A model generated the notes under the pieces. The model searched no databases. It saw only the letters and a list, made by a program, of their open reading frames with translations, and was not told the DNA's origin. Shown one piece after another: positions 1 to 14,114 of a DNA stretch of 64,000 nt; position 1 is the stretch's first letter; each line of letters opens with the position of its first letter. The stretch is from positions 1-64,000 of the forward strand of contig JBDIWC010000018.1 in NCBI GenBank assembly GCA_039794085.1, written 5' to 3'. The position numbers and the translations under genes were made by a program. The stretch is from Gemmatimonadales bacterium (lineage in GTDB: Bacteria > Gemmatimonadota > Gemmatimonadetes > Gemmatimonadales > GWC2-71-9).

Positions 1-10
1 CCCCCCCTGG

Positions 11-290
11 CAGAGGGGCGTGCCTCTTGTGACTTCTGTGCTTTTTGTGGCCATTCCCCTCGCCCGCCTGACCATCCGAATCCCCAGGGCGGGTCCCCGG
101 AATCCGGGGCGTCCCCTCGCACCGTGCGGACAACGCCCGATCGACGTGTCTCTCACCCACGCGAAACCCTGAAGAGCCCCAAGTGGGATGCCGTCACAGA
201 CGCCGTCACACGCACGGCCGGAGCGGGTGTCCGGGGGGCGCCCCAAATATTGTTGCCGTTTTGTGTTCAATCTTGTCCGTAAGGGACTAT
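11..290. repeat. ~230-280 bp dispersed intergenic repeat, copy 1 (copy 2 at 32633-32857)
   Basis: Shared blocks TTGTGACTTCTGTGCTTTTTGTGGCC, CCCGATCGACGTGTCTCTCACCC, TGAAGAGCCCCAA, AATATTGTTGCCGTTT and TTGTCCGTnAGGGACTAT in the same order; copy 1 has an extra ~60 bp internal segment. Confidence 0.9.
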
Positions 291-439
291 GTCCTATGTC
301 CTATGTCCTATGTCCTATGATTGGGTACTGGGTACTGGGCCCTGCGTACTGGGCCCTGCTCCGCAGTTCCCAACACCCAACACCCAGCACCCGCCCCAGC
401 ACGCGCCCTTCAAACTTCGAACTTCGAACTTCGAACTTC
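287..439. repeat. Composite heptamer tandem arrays (CTATGTC)n, (TGGGTAC)n/(CCCAACA)n inverted pair, (TTCGAAC)n
   Basis: Directly visible; the 321-391 module is homologous to the reverse complement of 41705-41795. Confidence 0.9.
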
Positions 440-552
440 CCCCGCCCTGCCCTCAACCCCGAGGAGGGGCTATTTTGCTTCCGTTGGCTCTGGGGACGTC
501 AACGGGACTCCCCGGTGTGCACGATCATGGACATTCAGGGTCGAGAGGTGCC

Positions 553-981
553 GTGGCACGTCGTTCCCGCAGTCGTTCGTCAACTTCCTCGTCATCGTCA
601 TCACCACCCGCCTCCGGGGGGACCGGACGCTCATCCGCCCTGCGGCGCTCCCCCGGTCGCTCGTATCACGCCCACCGAGAGTGGCTCCTGGAGCACCACG
701 GATCGGTCTGTGCGTATTGCGGCCAGACAACGCCGCCCGACCTGATCACCCTGGATCACGTGCGCCCCCGCCGGGGACAGTCGGCCTACGACCGCCCCGA
801 CAACCTGGTCCTGGCGTGTGGTCCCTGCAACGCGGCCAAGGCGGACATGCCCCTGCTGGCGTTTCTCCTGGCTCGCCGGTCCCGGGGGGTGTTCCTGCTG
901 CACTACGGAGATCATCTGTCGGAGCCGCTCAAGGAACTGGCGCGGCAGGCCTCGGAGCGTCCGCTCCTCCCGGCCGATTGA
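553..981 (+). CDS. HNH endonuclease family protein
   Basis: CAYCG..TLDHVRP..NLVLACGPCNAAK HNH/zinc motifs; GTG at 553 after GAGAGG SD; the longer ORF upstream translates repeats. Confidence 0.85.
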   Translation: MARRSRSRSSTSSSSSSPPASGGTGRSSALRRSPGRSYHAHREWLLEHHGSVCAYCGQTTPPDLITLDHVRPRRGQSAYDRPDNLVLACGPCNAAKADMPLLAFLLARRSRGVFLLHYGDHLSEPLKELARQASERPLLPAD

Positions 982-1003
982 CCGGAAGGAGTCCCCCGCG
1001 GAG

Positions 1004-4597
<3,594 letters not shown>

Positions 4598-4770
4598 GCG
4601 TGCTCCTCGATGTCGCCGGTCCCGGTGGTGACGGGGGCTTGTCTCCACTCCAATCACGAAAGATAACCCGAACTGGACCTGTGAGGCCCGCGATCCCCCC
4701 GGACTTCCCTCGAGCGGTCACTCTGCAGGATGACTCCCCGAGAGGGCGGAACGGCGAGTGCCCATGGGCC

Positions 4771-4836
4771 GTCATTCCGGCGAACGCCGGAATCCATGTC
4801 CGGGTGGGAATGGACCCCGGCATTCGCCGGGGTGAC
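4771..4836. repeat. REP-like inverted doublet GTCATTCCGGCGAACGCCGGAATCCA...TGGACCCCGGCATTCGCCGGGGTGAC
   Basis: Two hairpin units in inverted orientation; related units at 39570-39641, 51868, 52760, 53549, 58874. Confidence 0.85.
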
Positions 4837-4899
4837 GCTCCGATGTGGACTCGGGACTGTTCGTCCTTCCCGCATTCCTCCTTCAGAGTTCCCCCTCCA

Positions 4900-4930
4900 T
4901 TCGAACTTCAAACTTCAAACTTCAAACTTC
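4900..4930. repeat. (TTCRAAC)n heptamer array at the glpD 3' end
   Basis: ttcgaacttcaaacttcaaacttcaaacttc. Confidence 0.9.
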
Positions 4931-4933
4931 TTG

Positions 4934-6556
4934 TCAGGGCGCGTCGGATGATCCAATCAGGCGATGGTACCGTTCGACCTCCTCCTGGCGTCTCGTGTCA
5001 CTCCAGCCCAGTGCCGTCCCCAGCAGGGCCGCAACCGGCTCCGCCGCCGCCGCACCGCGGTCTGCAGTGTCAAAAAAGAGATCCATGCGCCGAACCAGCA
5101 CATCATCGAGACGGCGGACCATTTCTCGCTCAGCCAGAAAGAGAACCTCCGCGGCGAGCGTCGGGTGATCGGGGTGAACCCGGGCGGCCAGGGACCGGTC
5201 TCCCTGGGCCATCCGCGCGATGGCCACCGCCTCGCTTCCGTACAACTCCACCAGATGGGCGGCGGTGGCGGGGTCCTGGCCGAGTGCCACGACCTCGTCC
5301 CGGAAAAGCCCCAGGGCGGGGCTCTCACCCCCCGGCAAGGGCTCCCGGTCGGTCGGCGGGCGCTTCCGCCACGCCCGCTCGGGCCAGGGGCGAACCACGG
5401 TGTCCACCACCTCTGCGGCCATCCGGCGATAGGTGGTAAGCTTCCCGCCCGCCACGGTCACCATTCCGCCCGGACCCCGGAGGATCCTGTGCTCGCGGGA
5501 CACCGAGGACGCCGAGGCCCCGGGCTCTCCGGCAATCAACGGGCGGAGTCCCGCCCAGGTCGACCTGACATCCTCCTCGGCCAGGTGCGCGGAGGGGAAG
5601 AGGGCATTCACCGATCGCAGGAGATAGTGCACATCCTCCGTCGTGGTGCTGAGCGGGGCGTCGACGTCCCGAACGTCTGTGTCGGTGGTCCCCACATAGG
5701 AGAATCGCCGGGCAGGGATGATGAACATCACCCTCCCATCGATCGGGCTGGTGAACGTGATGGCGTGACGATGCCCTATCCGATCCCGGGGTACCACGAT
5801 GTGGACCCCCTTGGTCGGTCGAAGGATCGGGGCCGCCTCGGGATCCTCCATCCGGCGGAGCCGATCGGACCAGGGGCCGGTGGCGTTCACCACCGCCCGG
5901 GCGGTGAGGTCGGCGCGCGCCCCGGTGATCTGGTCGGCGCAACGCGCGCCCGTGATCTGACCACCGGGACCCCGGATCAGTTCCTGGACCGCCACGTACG
6001 GCGCCACCCGGGCGCCATGCGCCACGGCGGACCGCAAGGTGGCTGTTACCAGCCGTGCATCGTCGCACTGCGCATCCCAGTACAGAGCGCCTCCCCGGAG
6101 CCCTTCGGACCGGATCGCCGGCTCCTGGCGCAGAAACCCCCGCTTGCCGAACAGCCGATGACGCTCCACATTGCCTCGCAGCGCCAACAGATCGTACAGC
6201 AGGAGACCGGCGCCCAGTTTCCAGAGGGGCACCCGGTCGGTGCGGTGGTTCGGAAAGGCGAAGGCGAGGGGGCGCACGAGGTGGGGGGCGATCCTCAACA
6301 GAACCCGCCGCTCCGCCAGGGCTTCGAAAACGAGCCCGAAGTGGTATTGTTCGAGGTAGCGCAGGCCACCATGGATGAGACGGCTCGAGCGGGAACTGGT
6401 GCCGGCGGCACAATCCCCCCGGTCCACCACGACCACCGTCATTCCGCGCATCGCGGCATCCCGGGCAACTCCGGCGCCGGTGATTCCCGCTCCGACGACC
6501 AGCAGGTCCGGACGGGAGCCGGCCAATTCAGGCAACGAAGCAGAGAGCGAGGCCAT
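4934..6556 (-). CDS. glpD: FAD-dependent glycerol-3-phosphate dehydrogenase
   Basis: VVGAGITGAGVARDAAMRG, GTSSRSSRLIHGGLRYL, VNATGPW, GGKLTTYRRMA. Confidence 0.93.
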   Translation of the reverse strand: MASLSASLPELAGSRPDLLVVGAGITGAGVARDAAMRGMTVVVVDRGDCAAGTSSRSSRLIHGGLRYLEQYHFGLVFEALAERRVLLRIAPHLVRPLAFAFPNHRTDRVPLWKLGAGLLLYDLLALRGNVERHRLFGKRGFLRQEPAIRSEGLRGGALYWDAQCDDARLVTATLRSAVAHGARVAPYVAVQELIRGPGGQITGARCADQITGARADLTARAVVNATGPWSDRLRRMEDPEAAPILRPTKGVHIVVPRDRIGHRHAITFTSPIDGRVMFIIPARRFSYVGTTDTDVRDVDAPLSTTTEDVHYLLRSVNALFPSAHLAEEDVRSTWAGLRPLIAGEPGASASSVSREHRILRGPGGMVTVAGGKLTTYRRMAAEVVDTVVRPWPERAWRKRPPTDREPLPGGESPALGLFRDEVVALGQDPATAAHLVELYGSEAVAIARMAQGDRSLAARVHPDHPTLAAEVLFLAEREMVRRLDDVLVRRMDLFFDTADRGAAAAEPVAALLGTALGWSDTRRQEEVERYHRLIGSSDAP

Positions 6557-7117
6557 CTGAGTCTGTCGCACGAGCACGCTTCCGTTGGGGCGACCATCGA
6601 TCGCCCGAGTACGTGGTTCCTCTGGCACGCGACCCTCATTCCCTCCGGGGCACGGGTGCTCGATCTGGCGTGTGGCACCGGCCGCCACAGCCTGGCCGCG
6701 GCCGAACTCGGCGCCCGCGTGACCGCCATTGATCGCGACCCCGCCCGGCTCGAGACCGGAAAACAGGAAGCCGCCCGCCGCCAGCTCGACATTACCTGGG
6801 TGGAGCATAATCTGGAACACCCTCTCCCCGTGACCGGACCCTTCGATCTGATCCTCTGCTTCAATTATCTCGACCGGGCCCGCCTGCCGGGTATTCTCGA
6901 ACTCCTCGCCCCCGGCGGCCTCCTGATCATGGAAACCTTTCTCGAGGCGCAGCGCCGCCTCGGATGGGGACCGGAGAATCCCGAGCACCTCCTGGCGTCG
7001 GGGGAACTGGTCCGGCTGGTCAGTCCCCTGGTTCCGGTCTACGGGCGCGAGGTGCTGGAACCCCTGCCGGGGGAACGGTGGCGAGCCGTCAGCAGCATCG
7101 TCGCCCGGCGGCTGTGA
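6557..7117 (+). CDS. Class I SAM-dependent methyltransferase (start uncertain)
   Basis: VLDLACGTGRH motif I, FDLILCFNYL, LAPGGLL; stop overlaps the fadI GTG (GTGA); no ATG/GTG/TTG between the glpD start and motif I. Confidence 0.8.
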   Translation: MSLSHEHASVGATIDRPSTWFLWHATLIPSGARVLDLACGTGRHSLAAAELGARVTAIDRDPARLETGKQEAARRQLDITWVEHNLEHPLPVTGPFDLILCFNYLDRARLPGILELLAPGGLLIMETFLEAQRRLGWGPENPEHLLASGELVRLVSPLVPVYGREVLEPLPGERWRAVSSIVARRL

Positions 7118-8433
7118 CCCGGATGCCGTCCGCCGCTCCCCTGTCCGATCGAACTCCCGTGGTGGTGGCGGGACTCCGGACTCCCTTCGCCAAGGCGGGG
7201 ACACTGTTCCGGGACGCCAACGGGTACGACCTCGCACGGACAGTCACCCGGGAGCTGATCTATCGGACCGAGATCCCTCCCGGCGAAGTGGATGAGGTCA
7301 TCTTTGGTCAGGTAGTTCCGTCGCCTCTGGTGCCCAATGTGGCACGCGAGGTGAGTCTGCTCCCGCAGCTCCCCCGCACGATTCCCGCGTACTCCTTGAA
7401 CCGGGCCTGTGCCTCCGCCGCCCAGGCCGTCGCCAACGCATCGGATCAGATTCGCTTCGGCCATGCCGACGTGATCCTCGCCGGCGGGGTCGAACTGCTG
7501 TCCGACGTGCCCATCCTCCACACCCGCCGCATGAGCCGCACCCTGGTCGCCCTGAGCCGGGCCCGCAGCCTGGGGGAGCGACTCCGGCTCATCGCCTCGA
7601 TCCGGCCCCGGGATCTGGTCCCCGTCTCCCCCGCCATCGCCGAGCCCTCGACCGGAGAGACCATGGGACAGTCGGCGGAGAAGATGGCAAAGGAGAATGC
7701 CATCAGCCGCGAGGCCCAGGATCGGATCGCCCTGATGAGCCACCAACGGGCCGCCGCCGCCACCGCCAGTGGCCGGCTCGGCGAGGAGATTGCGCCCTGG
7801 TTCGCCGGACCGGCCCTGGACGAGGTCGTGACGAGCGACAACGGCATCCGGTCGGATACCTCGCTTGAGGCGCTCGCCGCGCTGCGCCCCGTCTTCGATC
7901 GCCGCTACGGCTCGGTCACCGCCGGAAACTCGTCGCCCCTCACCGACGGGGCGGCCGTGACCCTCGTCATGTCCCTCGGCAAGGCCCGGGCGCTCGGGTA
8001 CCGTCCCCTGGCCGCCATCCGCAGCTATGCGGTGGCCGCCGTGGATCCCGGGTGGCAGCTCCTGATGGGGCCGGTGTATGCCGTGGCCCAGGCGCTCGAC
8101 CGGGCCGGCCTGGTCTGGAGCGACCTGGGGTTGGTGGAGATCCATGAGGCCTTCGCCTCCCAGGTCCTTTCCAACACCGAGGCGTGGGCCTCCCGCGCCT
8201 GGGCGGAGCGCCTCGGACGGTCGCAGCCGGTGGGGGAGGTCGACTGGGATCGCACCAATGTGCTGGGCGGATCGATCGCCATCGGACACCCGTTCGGCGC
8301 CACGGGAGCGAGACTGGTCACCACTCTCTCGAACGAGTTGGTTCGCCGCAACCAGCAGTTCGGGCTCATCTCCATCTGTGCTCAGGGCGGAATGGGATTC
8401 GCGATGGTGCTCGAACAGGTCGGAGGCGGGTGA
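7114..8433 (+). CDS. fadI: Acetyl-CoA C-acyltransferase (thiolase); alternative ATG at 7123
   Basis: NRACASA active-site Cys, EIHEAF, GHPFGATG, CAQGGMG; adjacent to fadJ. Confidence 0.9.
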   Translation: MTRMPSAAPLSDRTPVVVAGLRTPFAKAGTLFRDANGYDLARTVTRELIYRTEIPPGEVDEVIFGQVVPSPLVPNVAREVSLLPQLPRTIPAYSLNRACASAAQAVANASDQIRFGHADVILAGGVELLSDVPILHTRRMSRTLVALSRARSLGERLRLIASIRPRDLVPVSPAIAEPSTGETMGQSAEKMAKENAISREAQDRIALMSHQRAAAATASGRLGEEIAPWFAGPALDEVVTSDNGIRSDTSLEALAALRPVFDRRYGSVTAGNSSPLTDGAAVTLVMSLGKARALGYRPLAAIRSYAVAAVDPGWQLLMGPVYAVAQALDRAGLVWSDLGLVEIHEAFASQVLSNTEAWASRAWAERLGRSQPVGEVDWDRTNVLGGSIAIGHPFGATGARLVTTLSNELVRRNQQFGLISICAQGGMGFAMVLEQVGGG

Positions 8434-8434
8434 C

Positions 8435-10579
8435 ATGACCGGCGCACCCTCACCGGCGTTTCACCTCGTGATCGAGGACGGCATCGCCGTGCTCACTCTC
8501 GATCTCCCCGGCTCCCCGGTCAACACCCTGGGCCGGGCCACGGCCGCCGAGTTTGCCGGACACCTGGAGGCGTTGGCCGCCGATCCCGCCGTCCGCGCGA
8601 TCGTGCTCCGCTCCGGCAAGGAGGACACCTTCGTGGCCGGGGCGGACATCGAGGAGTTCACCCTGTTGCGCACCGCGGCCGAGGCGGAGGCCATGAGCCG
8701 TGAGGGTCAGGCGATGATCGACCGGGTGGCGGCCTGCCCCAAGCCGGTCGTGGTCGCGATCCACGGCCCCTGTCTCGGGGCCGGTCTCGAACTCTCGCTC
8801 GCCTGTACCTGGCGTCTCGCCACCGATCACCCGAAAACCGTCCTCGGCCTTCCCGAGGTCCAGATCGGCCTTCTGCCGGGAGCCGGTGGATGCCAGCGCC
8901 TGCCCCGGCTGATCGGGGTGCGCGCCGCCCTCGACCTGATCCTCGCCGGGAAGAGCGAACGCGCCGCCAAGGCATTTCGGATCGGTCTCGTGGACGAGCT
9001 GGTCCACCCGGCCCAGCTTCGGGACCTGGCGGTTCGGGCCGCCGACCGCCTGGCCCGCTCGGGTCCCGTCCGGCGGGGGGGACGAGGGGGCGTGGCCGGC
9101 TGGTTTCTCGACCGGACTCGCCTGGGCCGGTGGATCGTCTACCGGCAGGCGGAACGGCAGGTGCGGCGCCGGACCGGCGGCCACTACCCCGCGCCTCTCG
9201 CGGCGATCACCGCAATCCGAACCGGGATGGAACGGGGCATGCGGGACGGACTCCGGGTCGAGGCACGGGAGTTCGGACGACTGGCCGTGTCGGAGGTCTC
9301 CCGTGAACTGGTGCGGATCTTCTTCGCCACCACCTCGCTCAAGAAGGACGACGGGGTCCCCCCGGGCACCGGAACACCCCGCACGGTCACGCGTCTCGGC
9401 GTGGTGGGAGCCGGATTCATGGGAGCGGGAATCGCGGGGACGGCGGTGACCACAGCCGGCGTGGAGGTCCGCCTCAAGGATGCCGATCTTTCCCGGGTGG
9501 GGAAGGGGATGCATGCTGCGTTGGAGCAGGTCAACAAGAGAATGGCGCGGCGCCGCATCACCCGTCACGAGCACATGCGGCTCACCGCCCTCGTCAGCGG
9601 GGCGGCGGACTTTGGCGGCTTCGCCAACATGGATCTGGTGATCGAGGCGGTCTTCGAGGATCTCGAGGTCAAACGGGGTGTGGTCGCCGATCTCGAGGCG
9701 GTGCTCGGGACCGGCGCCCTGATCGCCACCAACACGTCCACGATCCCGATCGGCCGCATCGCGGAGGGCGCGCGCCACCCCGAACGCATCCTGGGCATGC
9801 ACTTCTTTTCCCCGGTGGACCGGATGCCGTTGCTGGAGGTGATTCCCGGACCGGACACCGGACCCGATGCGATCGTCACCGCGGTGCGGTTCGGACGCCG
9901 GATGGGAAAGACCGTGATCGTCGTGGCCGACCACCCCGGGTTCTGGGTCAACCGGATCCTGTCGCCCTACCTCAACGAAGCGGGGCACCTGCTCGCCGAG
10001 GGAGTGCGCATCGAGCAGATGGACCGGGTGATGACCGCGTGGGGGTTTCCGGTCGGGCCGATGACGCTGCTGGACGAGGTGGGATTCGATGTGGGGCTGA
10101 AGGCGGGAGCCGTGATGCACGACGCGTTCGGGGCGCGCCTGGCTCCGTCTCCGATTCTGGAGCGGCTGGTGGCCGACGGGAGACTGGGGCGGAAGAATGG
10201 CCGGGGTCTGTATCGCTATTCCCGGGGGAAGAAGGCCGGGGTGGACGATTCGGCCTATCGGGTGCTGGGTGTCTCTCCGCGGGCATCGGCGGACCCGCGG
10301 CGGGTGGAGGAGCGCCTGCTCTATCTGATGCTCAACGAAGCGGCCCTCGCCTGCGCCGAGGGAGTGGTCCGGTCCCCCCGCGACGGAGATGTCGGCGCGA
10401 TCTTCGGGATCGGGTTTCCGCCCTTCCGGGGCGGGCCTCTCCGGCTCATCGACACGCTGGGAGCGGCGCGCATCGTGGAGGCACTCGACCGTCTCGCCGA
10501 GGCGCACGGCCCCCGGTTCACGCCGTGCGATTCGCTCCGGGACATGGCCCGAACCAACACCCGCTTCTACCCGGAGTAG
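8435..10579 (+). CDS. fadJ: Fatty acid oxidation complex alpha subunit (enoyl-CoA hydratase / 3-hydroxyacyl-CoA dehydrogenase)
   Basis: [50 protein letters not shown]. Confidence 0.92.
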   Translation: MTGAPSPAFHLVIEDGIAVLTLDLPGSPVNTLGRATAAEFAGHLEALAADPAVRAIVLRSGKEDTFVAGADIEEFTLLRTAAEAEAMSREGQAMIDRVAACPKPVVVAIHGPCLGAGLELSLACTWRLATDHPKTVLGLPEVQIGLLPGAGGCQRLPRLIGVRAALDLILAGKSERAAKAFRIGLVDELVHPAQLRDLAVRAADRLARSGPVRRGGRGGVAGWFLDRTRLGRWIVYRQAERQVRRRTGGHYPAPLAAITAIRTGMERGMRDGLRVEAREFGRLAVSEVSRELVRIFFATTSLKKDDGVPPGTGTPRTVTRLGVVGAGFMGAGIAGTAVTTAGVEVRLKDADLSRVGKGMHAALEQVNKRMARRRITRHEHMRLTALVSGAADFGGFANMDLVIEAVFEDLEVKRGVVADLEAVLGTGALIATNTSTIPIGRIAEGARHPERILGMHFFSPVDRMPLLEVIPGPDTGPDAIVTAVRFGRRMGKTVIVVADHPGFWVNRILSPYLNEAGHLLAEGVRIEQMDRVMTAWGFPVGPMTLLDEVGFDVGLKAGAVMHDAFGARLAPSPILERLVADGRLGRKNGRGLYRYSRGKKAGVDDSAYRVLGVSPRASADPRRVEERLLYLMLNEAALACAEGVVRSPRDGDVGAIFGIGFPPFRGGPLRLIDTLGAARIVEALDRLAEAHGPRFTPCDSLRDMARTNTRFYPE

Positions 10580-13500
10580 GACACCTCGATCACGGGAGCC
10601 GGCGCGGTCCGGAGGGAACCGGGAGGTGCCCACCGGTCGAGCAGGCGTCGCAGATCGTCCAGCCGGATCGGTTTGGAGACATAATCATCCATGCCCGCCT
10701 CCAGGCACCTCTCCCGGTCCCCTGTCATGGCGTTGGCGGTCATCGCGATGATCGGGATGCGGGAGTCTTCTCCCTCCTCCCGCTGCCGGATCAAACCGGT
10801 CGCCTCATATCCGTCCATCTCCGGCATCTGGCAGTCCATCACCACGAGGTCATAGGGGAATCCACGCACCATGGAGACGGCCTCGACCCCGTTGGCCGCC
10901 ACGTCGGTATGGCATCCCAGCTTCTGAAACATGCGGACCGCCACCCGCTGGTTGACGATGTTGTCCTCCACCACCAGCACCCGGGCCCCGGGAGAAACTG
11001 GCTCCGCGGGAACCAGGGACGGAGGGGAGGACGGGATCACCGATTCGTCGGGAGGGGTTTCCGCCAGGCTGTGACGGGTGATGAGATCTCCCGTCCGTCC
11101 CGTCCGTCGCCGCAGGCGGATTTCCAGCAACGCATCGACGAGGGTCGAGGTCCGGACCGGACGGCTGAGGTACGCGGAGAACCCCGCCGCATGGAACATG
11201 GCGGCGTCTCCGCGCCGGCCACTCTGGGCCAGCACCACGAGAGAGGGTCTCCCGAAACGGGGGTCGGTGCCGATGGTGCGCGCCAGCCCCCGTGCGTCCA
11301 GATCGGGAAGCGAGGAGGAGAGGAAGGCGATCTGGAACGGCGAGGGACTGCGACAGGCCACCGCGAGCCGGTCGAGAGCGGCCGTGCCGGTGGCCACGGT
11401 GTCGACCTGGAGGCCCCACGACTCGAGCTGCTCCGCCAGCACATCGCGATAGATGGCCCGGTGTTCGACGATGAGCACCCGGGTTCCCGCCAGTGCGTCG
11501 GGGGTGTGCACCGGTGGGGCATCCTGCTGCACCGGCAGGCGGAAGGTGGCCCAGAAGGTCGAACCCTCGCCCACCACGCTCTCCACTCCCATGTCCCCCC
11601 CCATCAGGTGCGTGAGGTTGCGACTGATGGCGAGGCCGAGGCCGGTGCCGCCGAACCGGCGGGTGGTGGAGGAGTCGGCCTGGGTGAAATGGGTGAACAG
11701 GAGCGCCTGCCCCTCCGGGGCGATCCCGATCCCCGTGTCCCGCACCGCCAGCCGGATCAGGGAACCCCGGGAATCGTGCTCCAGCTCCTCGACGTCCACC
11801 AGGACATGCCCCGAGGCGGTGAACTTGATCGCATTGGACAGGAGATTGGTCAGGATCTGGCGGATCCGTCCTGGATCCCCCACCACATGCTGGGGGGTGC
11901 CCGGGGCGTAGCGCAGGGTGCAGGCGAGCCCCTTCTCGTGGGCCTGGACCGCGAGCAGATCGAGCACATCCTCGGCGGCCGACCGCAGATCGAACGGCAG
12001 CACCTCGAAGGAGAGCTTCCCCGCCTCCATCTTGGAAAAGTCGAGGATGTCGTTGAGGATGGTGAGCAGACTCTCCGCCGATTGCTTGATCGTTCCGACA
12101 TACTCCCGCTGGGCCGGCGTCAGGCCCGTGTCCATGAGGAGGCCGGCCATGCCGAGAACCCCGTTCATCGGTGTGCGGATTTCGTGGCTCATGTTGGCCA
12201 GGAACTCGCTCTTGCTGCGGGCGGCTCCCTCGGCCCGCTCCCGGGCCTCCGCGGCCTCGGCCGAGGCGCGCTCGAGTTCCCGTGCCGACTGTTCAAGGGC
12301 GGTTTTTGAGGATTCGAGGGTGTGAAGGTGTTTCCGCCGTTCGGCTTCAAGGCCCACATGGGTCGTGACATCCTCCATCGTGCCGATGAAGCTCGGCGGG
12401 AACCCGGGTCCGGTGAGCGTCCGGGCCCGCACGCGCACATGCATGACGTCACCGGCGGGAAGGACCAGTCGGAAGGTTTCGTCGAAGTTCCCCTGCTGTC
12501 CTGCGGTGAATCGGGACCACGAGTGCAGGACGTCGTGCGCATCGGCGGGATGGACCGCGCGCTGCCAGCCCGACCCGCGCGCCTCGTCCGCCGAGAGTCC
12601 GGTCATCCGGCTCCACTCGGCGTTGGTGTACCGGCAATCGCCGGAGGCATCCGCAACGAAGATCCCGAGGGGAAGCGCCTCCTGGATGGTGAGGAGCCGC
12701 TCCTCGCTTTGCTGTACCGCAAGTTCCGCGCGGCGGCGCTCGCCGATCTCCTCGTGCATCGTGTCCAGGGCCACGTTCATGACCGTGGCGAGACGGGTCA
12801 ATTCGTCGGTGCCGGTCACGGGGAGGCGCAGGTCCCACTCGCCGCGTGCGATCCGCTGAGCCGTCGGCATCAGATCAAAGAGGGATTCCCGCAGGCGGCG
12901 GGCCAGACGGGCAAAAACCCAGACCAGCATCACCAGGAGAGGCCCCACAACCGTCGCAAGGAGGAGGAAGCACCAGCGGACCAGCGTCATGCTCCGGTCA
13001 ATGGCGGCTTCCCCTCGCCGGGTCACCAGATCGTCGAAACGGGTCAACCGGTCGCTGAGCCGCGACTTGAGGAGGGTGAAATCGTCGTCTGCCACGAGGC
13101 TGACGGCACGACCCCTGTCCGGAGGCCCGGTGCGGGTAAAGGCGCCTGTGCTGTCGGGAAAGAGACCCTGGGCGGCCCGCACTGCTTCGGTTTCCGTGCG
13201 GGCCAACTCGGTCGCAGTGGCCCACGTATCCATCAGTACGTGGCGCTCCTCAAGAGGGAGTGCCTTGACCAGAGCGCCTCGGCCTCCGAGATCCCGATCG
13301 CTTCCAGAAAGAAACCCCGCGACCACCGTGTCGAATTCACTGCTCCAGCGTGAATCCTGCGTCCGGATCCAGGCCCGGGTCAACCGGGTTAGTTCCTCCG
13401 ACACGTGGAAGAGATGATCCGACACCCGCAGGGCAGCGGCCATCTCACCGCGCGTCCGGACAATGGTATTCCGGTTGGCGGAGAGAATGGCGAGGCCGCC

Positions 13501-13587
13501 CGCGAGGAGCCCGATGACAACAACCATGCCGGCGATGCCGGCGCGGATGAGCCACCGGACGGTCGGGCGCGGAGAGAGAGCCTTCAT
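10567..13587 (-). CDS. Membrane hybrid sensor histidine kinase (HAMP, PAS, HisKA, HATPase, two receiver domains)
   Basis: Two TM segments; [16 protein letters not shown]-box, NAIKFT, DTGIGI, GGTGLGL; C-terminal [11 protein letters not shown]; 3' end overlaps fadJ by 13 bp. Confidence 0.93.
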   Translation of the reverse strand: MKALSPRPTVRWLIRAGIAGMVVVIGLLAGGLAILSANRNTIVRTRGEMAAALRVSDHLFHVSEELTRLTRAWIRTQDSRWSSEFDTVVAGFLSGSDRDLGGRGALVKALPLEERHVLMDTWATATELARTETEAVRAAQGLFPDSTGAFTRTGPPDRGRAVSLVADDDFTLLKSRLSDRLTRFDDLVTRRGEAAIDRSMTLVRWCFLLLATVVGPLLVMLVWVFARLARRLRESLFDLMPTAQRIARGEWDLRLPVTGTDELTRLATVMNVALDTMHEEIGERRRAELAVQQSEERLLTIQEALPLGIFVADASGDCRYTNAEWSRMTGLSADEARGSGWQRAVHPADAHDVLHSWSRFTAGQQGNFDETFRLVLPAGDVMHVRVRARTLTGPGFPPSFIGTMEDVTTHVGLEAERRKHLHTLESSKTALEQSARELERASAEAAEARERAEGAARSKSEFLANMSHEIRTPMNGVLGMAGLLMDTGLTPAQREYVGTIKQSAESLLTILNDILDFSKMEAGKLSFEVLPFDLRSAAEDVLDLLAVQAHEKGLACTLRYAPGTPQHVVGDPGRIRQILTNLLSNAIKFTASGHVLVDVEELEHDSRGSLIRLAVRDTGIGIAPEGQALLFTHFTQADSSTTRRFGGTGLGLAISRNLTHLMGGDMGVESVVGEGSTFWATFRLPVQQDAPPVHTPDALAGTRVLIVEHRAIYRDVLAEQLESWGLQVDTVATGTAALDRLAVACRSPSPFQIAFLSSSLPDLDARGLARTIGTDPRFGRPSLVVLAQSGRRGDAAMFHAAGFSAYLSRPVRTSTLVDALLEIRLRRRTGRTGDLITRHSLAETPPDESVIPSSPPSLVPAEPVSPGARVLVVEDNIVNQRVAVRMFQKLGCHTDVAANGVEAVSMVRGFPYDLVVMDCQMPEMDGYEATGLIRQREEGEDSRIPIIAMTANAMTGDRERCLEAGMDDYVSKPIRLDDLRRLLDRWAPPGSLRTAPAPVIEVSYSG

Positions 13588-13753
13588 CGACAACCTCGGT
13601 GCCTGGCCCTCCCGGGGGAGGGCGGAATGGGTGATACCGTCAGTGTCGGCTGGTCTCCGGGGATCTTGAGAAGTTTGAAGTTCGAAGGGAGCTGGTGTCT
13701 GACTGGGGGCATCATAGGGCTATCAGCCGGGGTCAGGTCTTGTTTTCATGTAT

Positions 13754-13771
13754 TTGTGAAATATTTCACAA
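13754..13771. promoter_or_regulatory. Perfect palindrome TTGTGAAATATTTCACAA, Rex-type (also CRP-like) operator
   Basis: Matches TTGTGAA-N4-TTCACAA exactly, in an AT-rich patch ~165 bp upstream of the kinase. Confidence 0.7.
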
Positions 13772-13778
13772 AGTGTCG

Positions 13779-14114
13779 TGCCCTTCAGGGCCTGTCGCGC
13801 GGAGCGCGCCGAGCCCCGCTTTCAAGCGGGGACTACAGGGCTCACGCGAAGACGCGAAGACGCGAAGACGCGAAGAAAAACGGAGATTCATGAAGAAGTT
13901 GCGAGATGGTCAGGGGGGACTGCCCTTCAGGGCCTGTCGCGCGAAGCGCGCCGAGCCCGGCTTTCAAGCCGGGAAATCACTGGGCTCGCGAGATTGCGTC
14001 GTCGGCTGCGCCTCCTCGCAACGACGGCTTCCAGTCACAAACGGTCACCTCCACCCGGAGCTCGGGCGACGCATGCGTCGCCCCTACACCTACTCCCTAC
14101 TCCCTACTCCCTAC
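13779..14114. repeat. Repeat mosaic: 54-bp direct repeats (13779-13832, 13921-13974), (GCGAAGAC)x4, GTCRTTGCGAG-type REP, GTAG-type REP (14064-14087), (CTCCCTA)n
   Basis: All directly visible; the 14050-14114 module recurs at 35555-35650. Confidence 0.88.

Noticed and set aside
289..552. N-terminal extensions of ORF-track calls (HNH, rho, TetR, TerB, cls, M28, hisN-like)
   Set aside because: Extensions translate tandem repeats or overlap neighbouring genes; downstream starts with SD or -10 signals were chosen
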